Below, one piece after another: positions 37,318 through 37,731 of a DNA stretch of 37,731 nt. The position numbers and the translations under genes were made by a program. Origin of the DNA: Candidatus Methylomirabilota bacterium (lineage in GTDB: Bacteria > Methylomirabilota > Methylomirabilia > Rokubacteriales > CSP1-6); the NCBI GenBank assembly GCA_046726415.1, contig JBKPAK010000114.1, positions 1 through 37,731 on the forward strand, in the 5' to 3' direction. Positions within the stretch are counted from its first letter, which is position 1; every line of letters begins with the position of its first letter. Below the pieces are notes generated by a model, which worked only from the letters and a program-made list of their open reading frames with translations, searched no databases and was not told where the DNA came from.

Positions 37318-37731
37318 GCAGCATCGGCGGCGCGCGCTCCATGGTCCGCCCACCCGCCGAGCTCGCGCCGTTGATCCGGCGTGAGCTGGCCCAAGGCACT
37401 GCGCACTATCGGGAGGCCGGCCGGCTGCTGCTGGAGGCGAAGAAGGCGCTACCGCACGGGGCTTTCAAGCGGTGGGTGCAAGACCACTGCGCCGTGTCCT
37501 ATCGGCAGGCGTCGAACTCCATGCGGATGGCGGCCAAAGATGAAACGCGTTTCACCTGGGAAGTCAACGTCAACGGCGACCCGGCGACGTGCCACGCCCA
37601 CTACCACTACACCTTTCGGGACGTCAACGCCGACCCGACGACGCGCCGCCAAATCCACCCGAAGCGGCCCCGCGATGAAGCGGAAATTGATCGGATGCGC
37701 GAGCTGGCCCACATGGTCATTACTGCGGGCT
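37314..37731 (+). CDS. DUF3102-like phage protein (runs off the end of the window)
   Basis: Manual translation gives ..HYREAGRLLLEAKKALPHGAFKRWVQDHCAVSYRQASNSMRMA.. ATG 37314 is preceded by AGGAGG. Confidence 0.75.
   Translation, partial: MSSIGGARSMVRPPAELAPLIRRELAQGTAHYREAGRLLLEAKKALPHGAFKRWVQDHCAVSYRQASNSMRMAAKDETRFTWEVNVNGDPATCHAHYHYTFRDVNADPTTRRQIHPKRPRDEAEIDRMRELAHMVITAG

Larger units (their letters stand above)
35162..37731 (+). mobile_element. Decayed integrative element / prophage or phage-satellite-like region (continues beyond the window)
   Basis: XRE and integrase remnants, half-tRNA att site, excisionase-like HTH, DUF3102-like gene, and tightly overlapped small ORFs. Confidence 0.75.

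Overview
High-GC bacterial chromosome segment. The gene content suggests Ca. Rokubacteria/Methylomirabilota or a similar diderm, which is an inference. The left ~25 kb is a housekeeping block, almost all on the + strand: UPF0182 membrane protein, fused lptF/G (- strand), valS-birA-coaX, guaB3-guaA-dnaE-accA, a SorC/CggR-family regulator (- strand) divergent from an unusually long class V FBP aldolase/phosphatase, and miaB-DUF151-GT4-DUF6665-paaK. It ends at a near-canonical XerC/XerD dif site (25057-25084), where gene orientation flips, so this may be the replication terminus. The right part is more accessory: TPR protein, bactofilin, Rieske ferredoxin, receiver domains, MFS transporter, ThDP enzyme plus amidohydrolase, ACT protein, small unannotated ORFs and pseudogenes. 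It ends in a decayed tyrosine integrase whose 3' end runs through the 5' half of a tRNA-Arg(CCT), followed by phage/satellite-like genes. Main signals that the gene list does not explain: (i) tandem NrdR-like boxes 31 bp apart over the guaB3-guaA-dnaE promoter; (ii) three 32-bp repeats forming a chain of stop/start-coupled 11-aa mini-ORFs in front of lptF/G; (iii) a mirrored motif on both sides of the divergent regulator/FBP aldolase-phosphatase promoter; (iv) the dif site; (v) the integrase/half-tRNA overlap. All calls were made by eye, without database searches.
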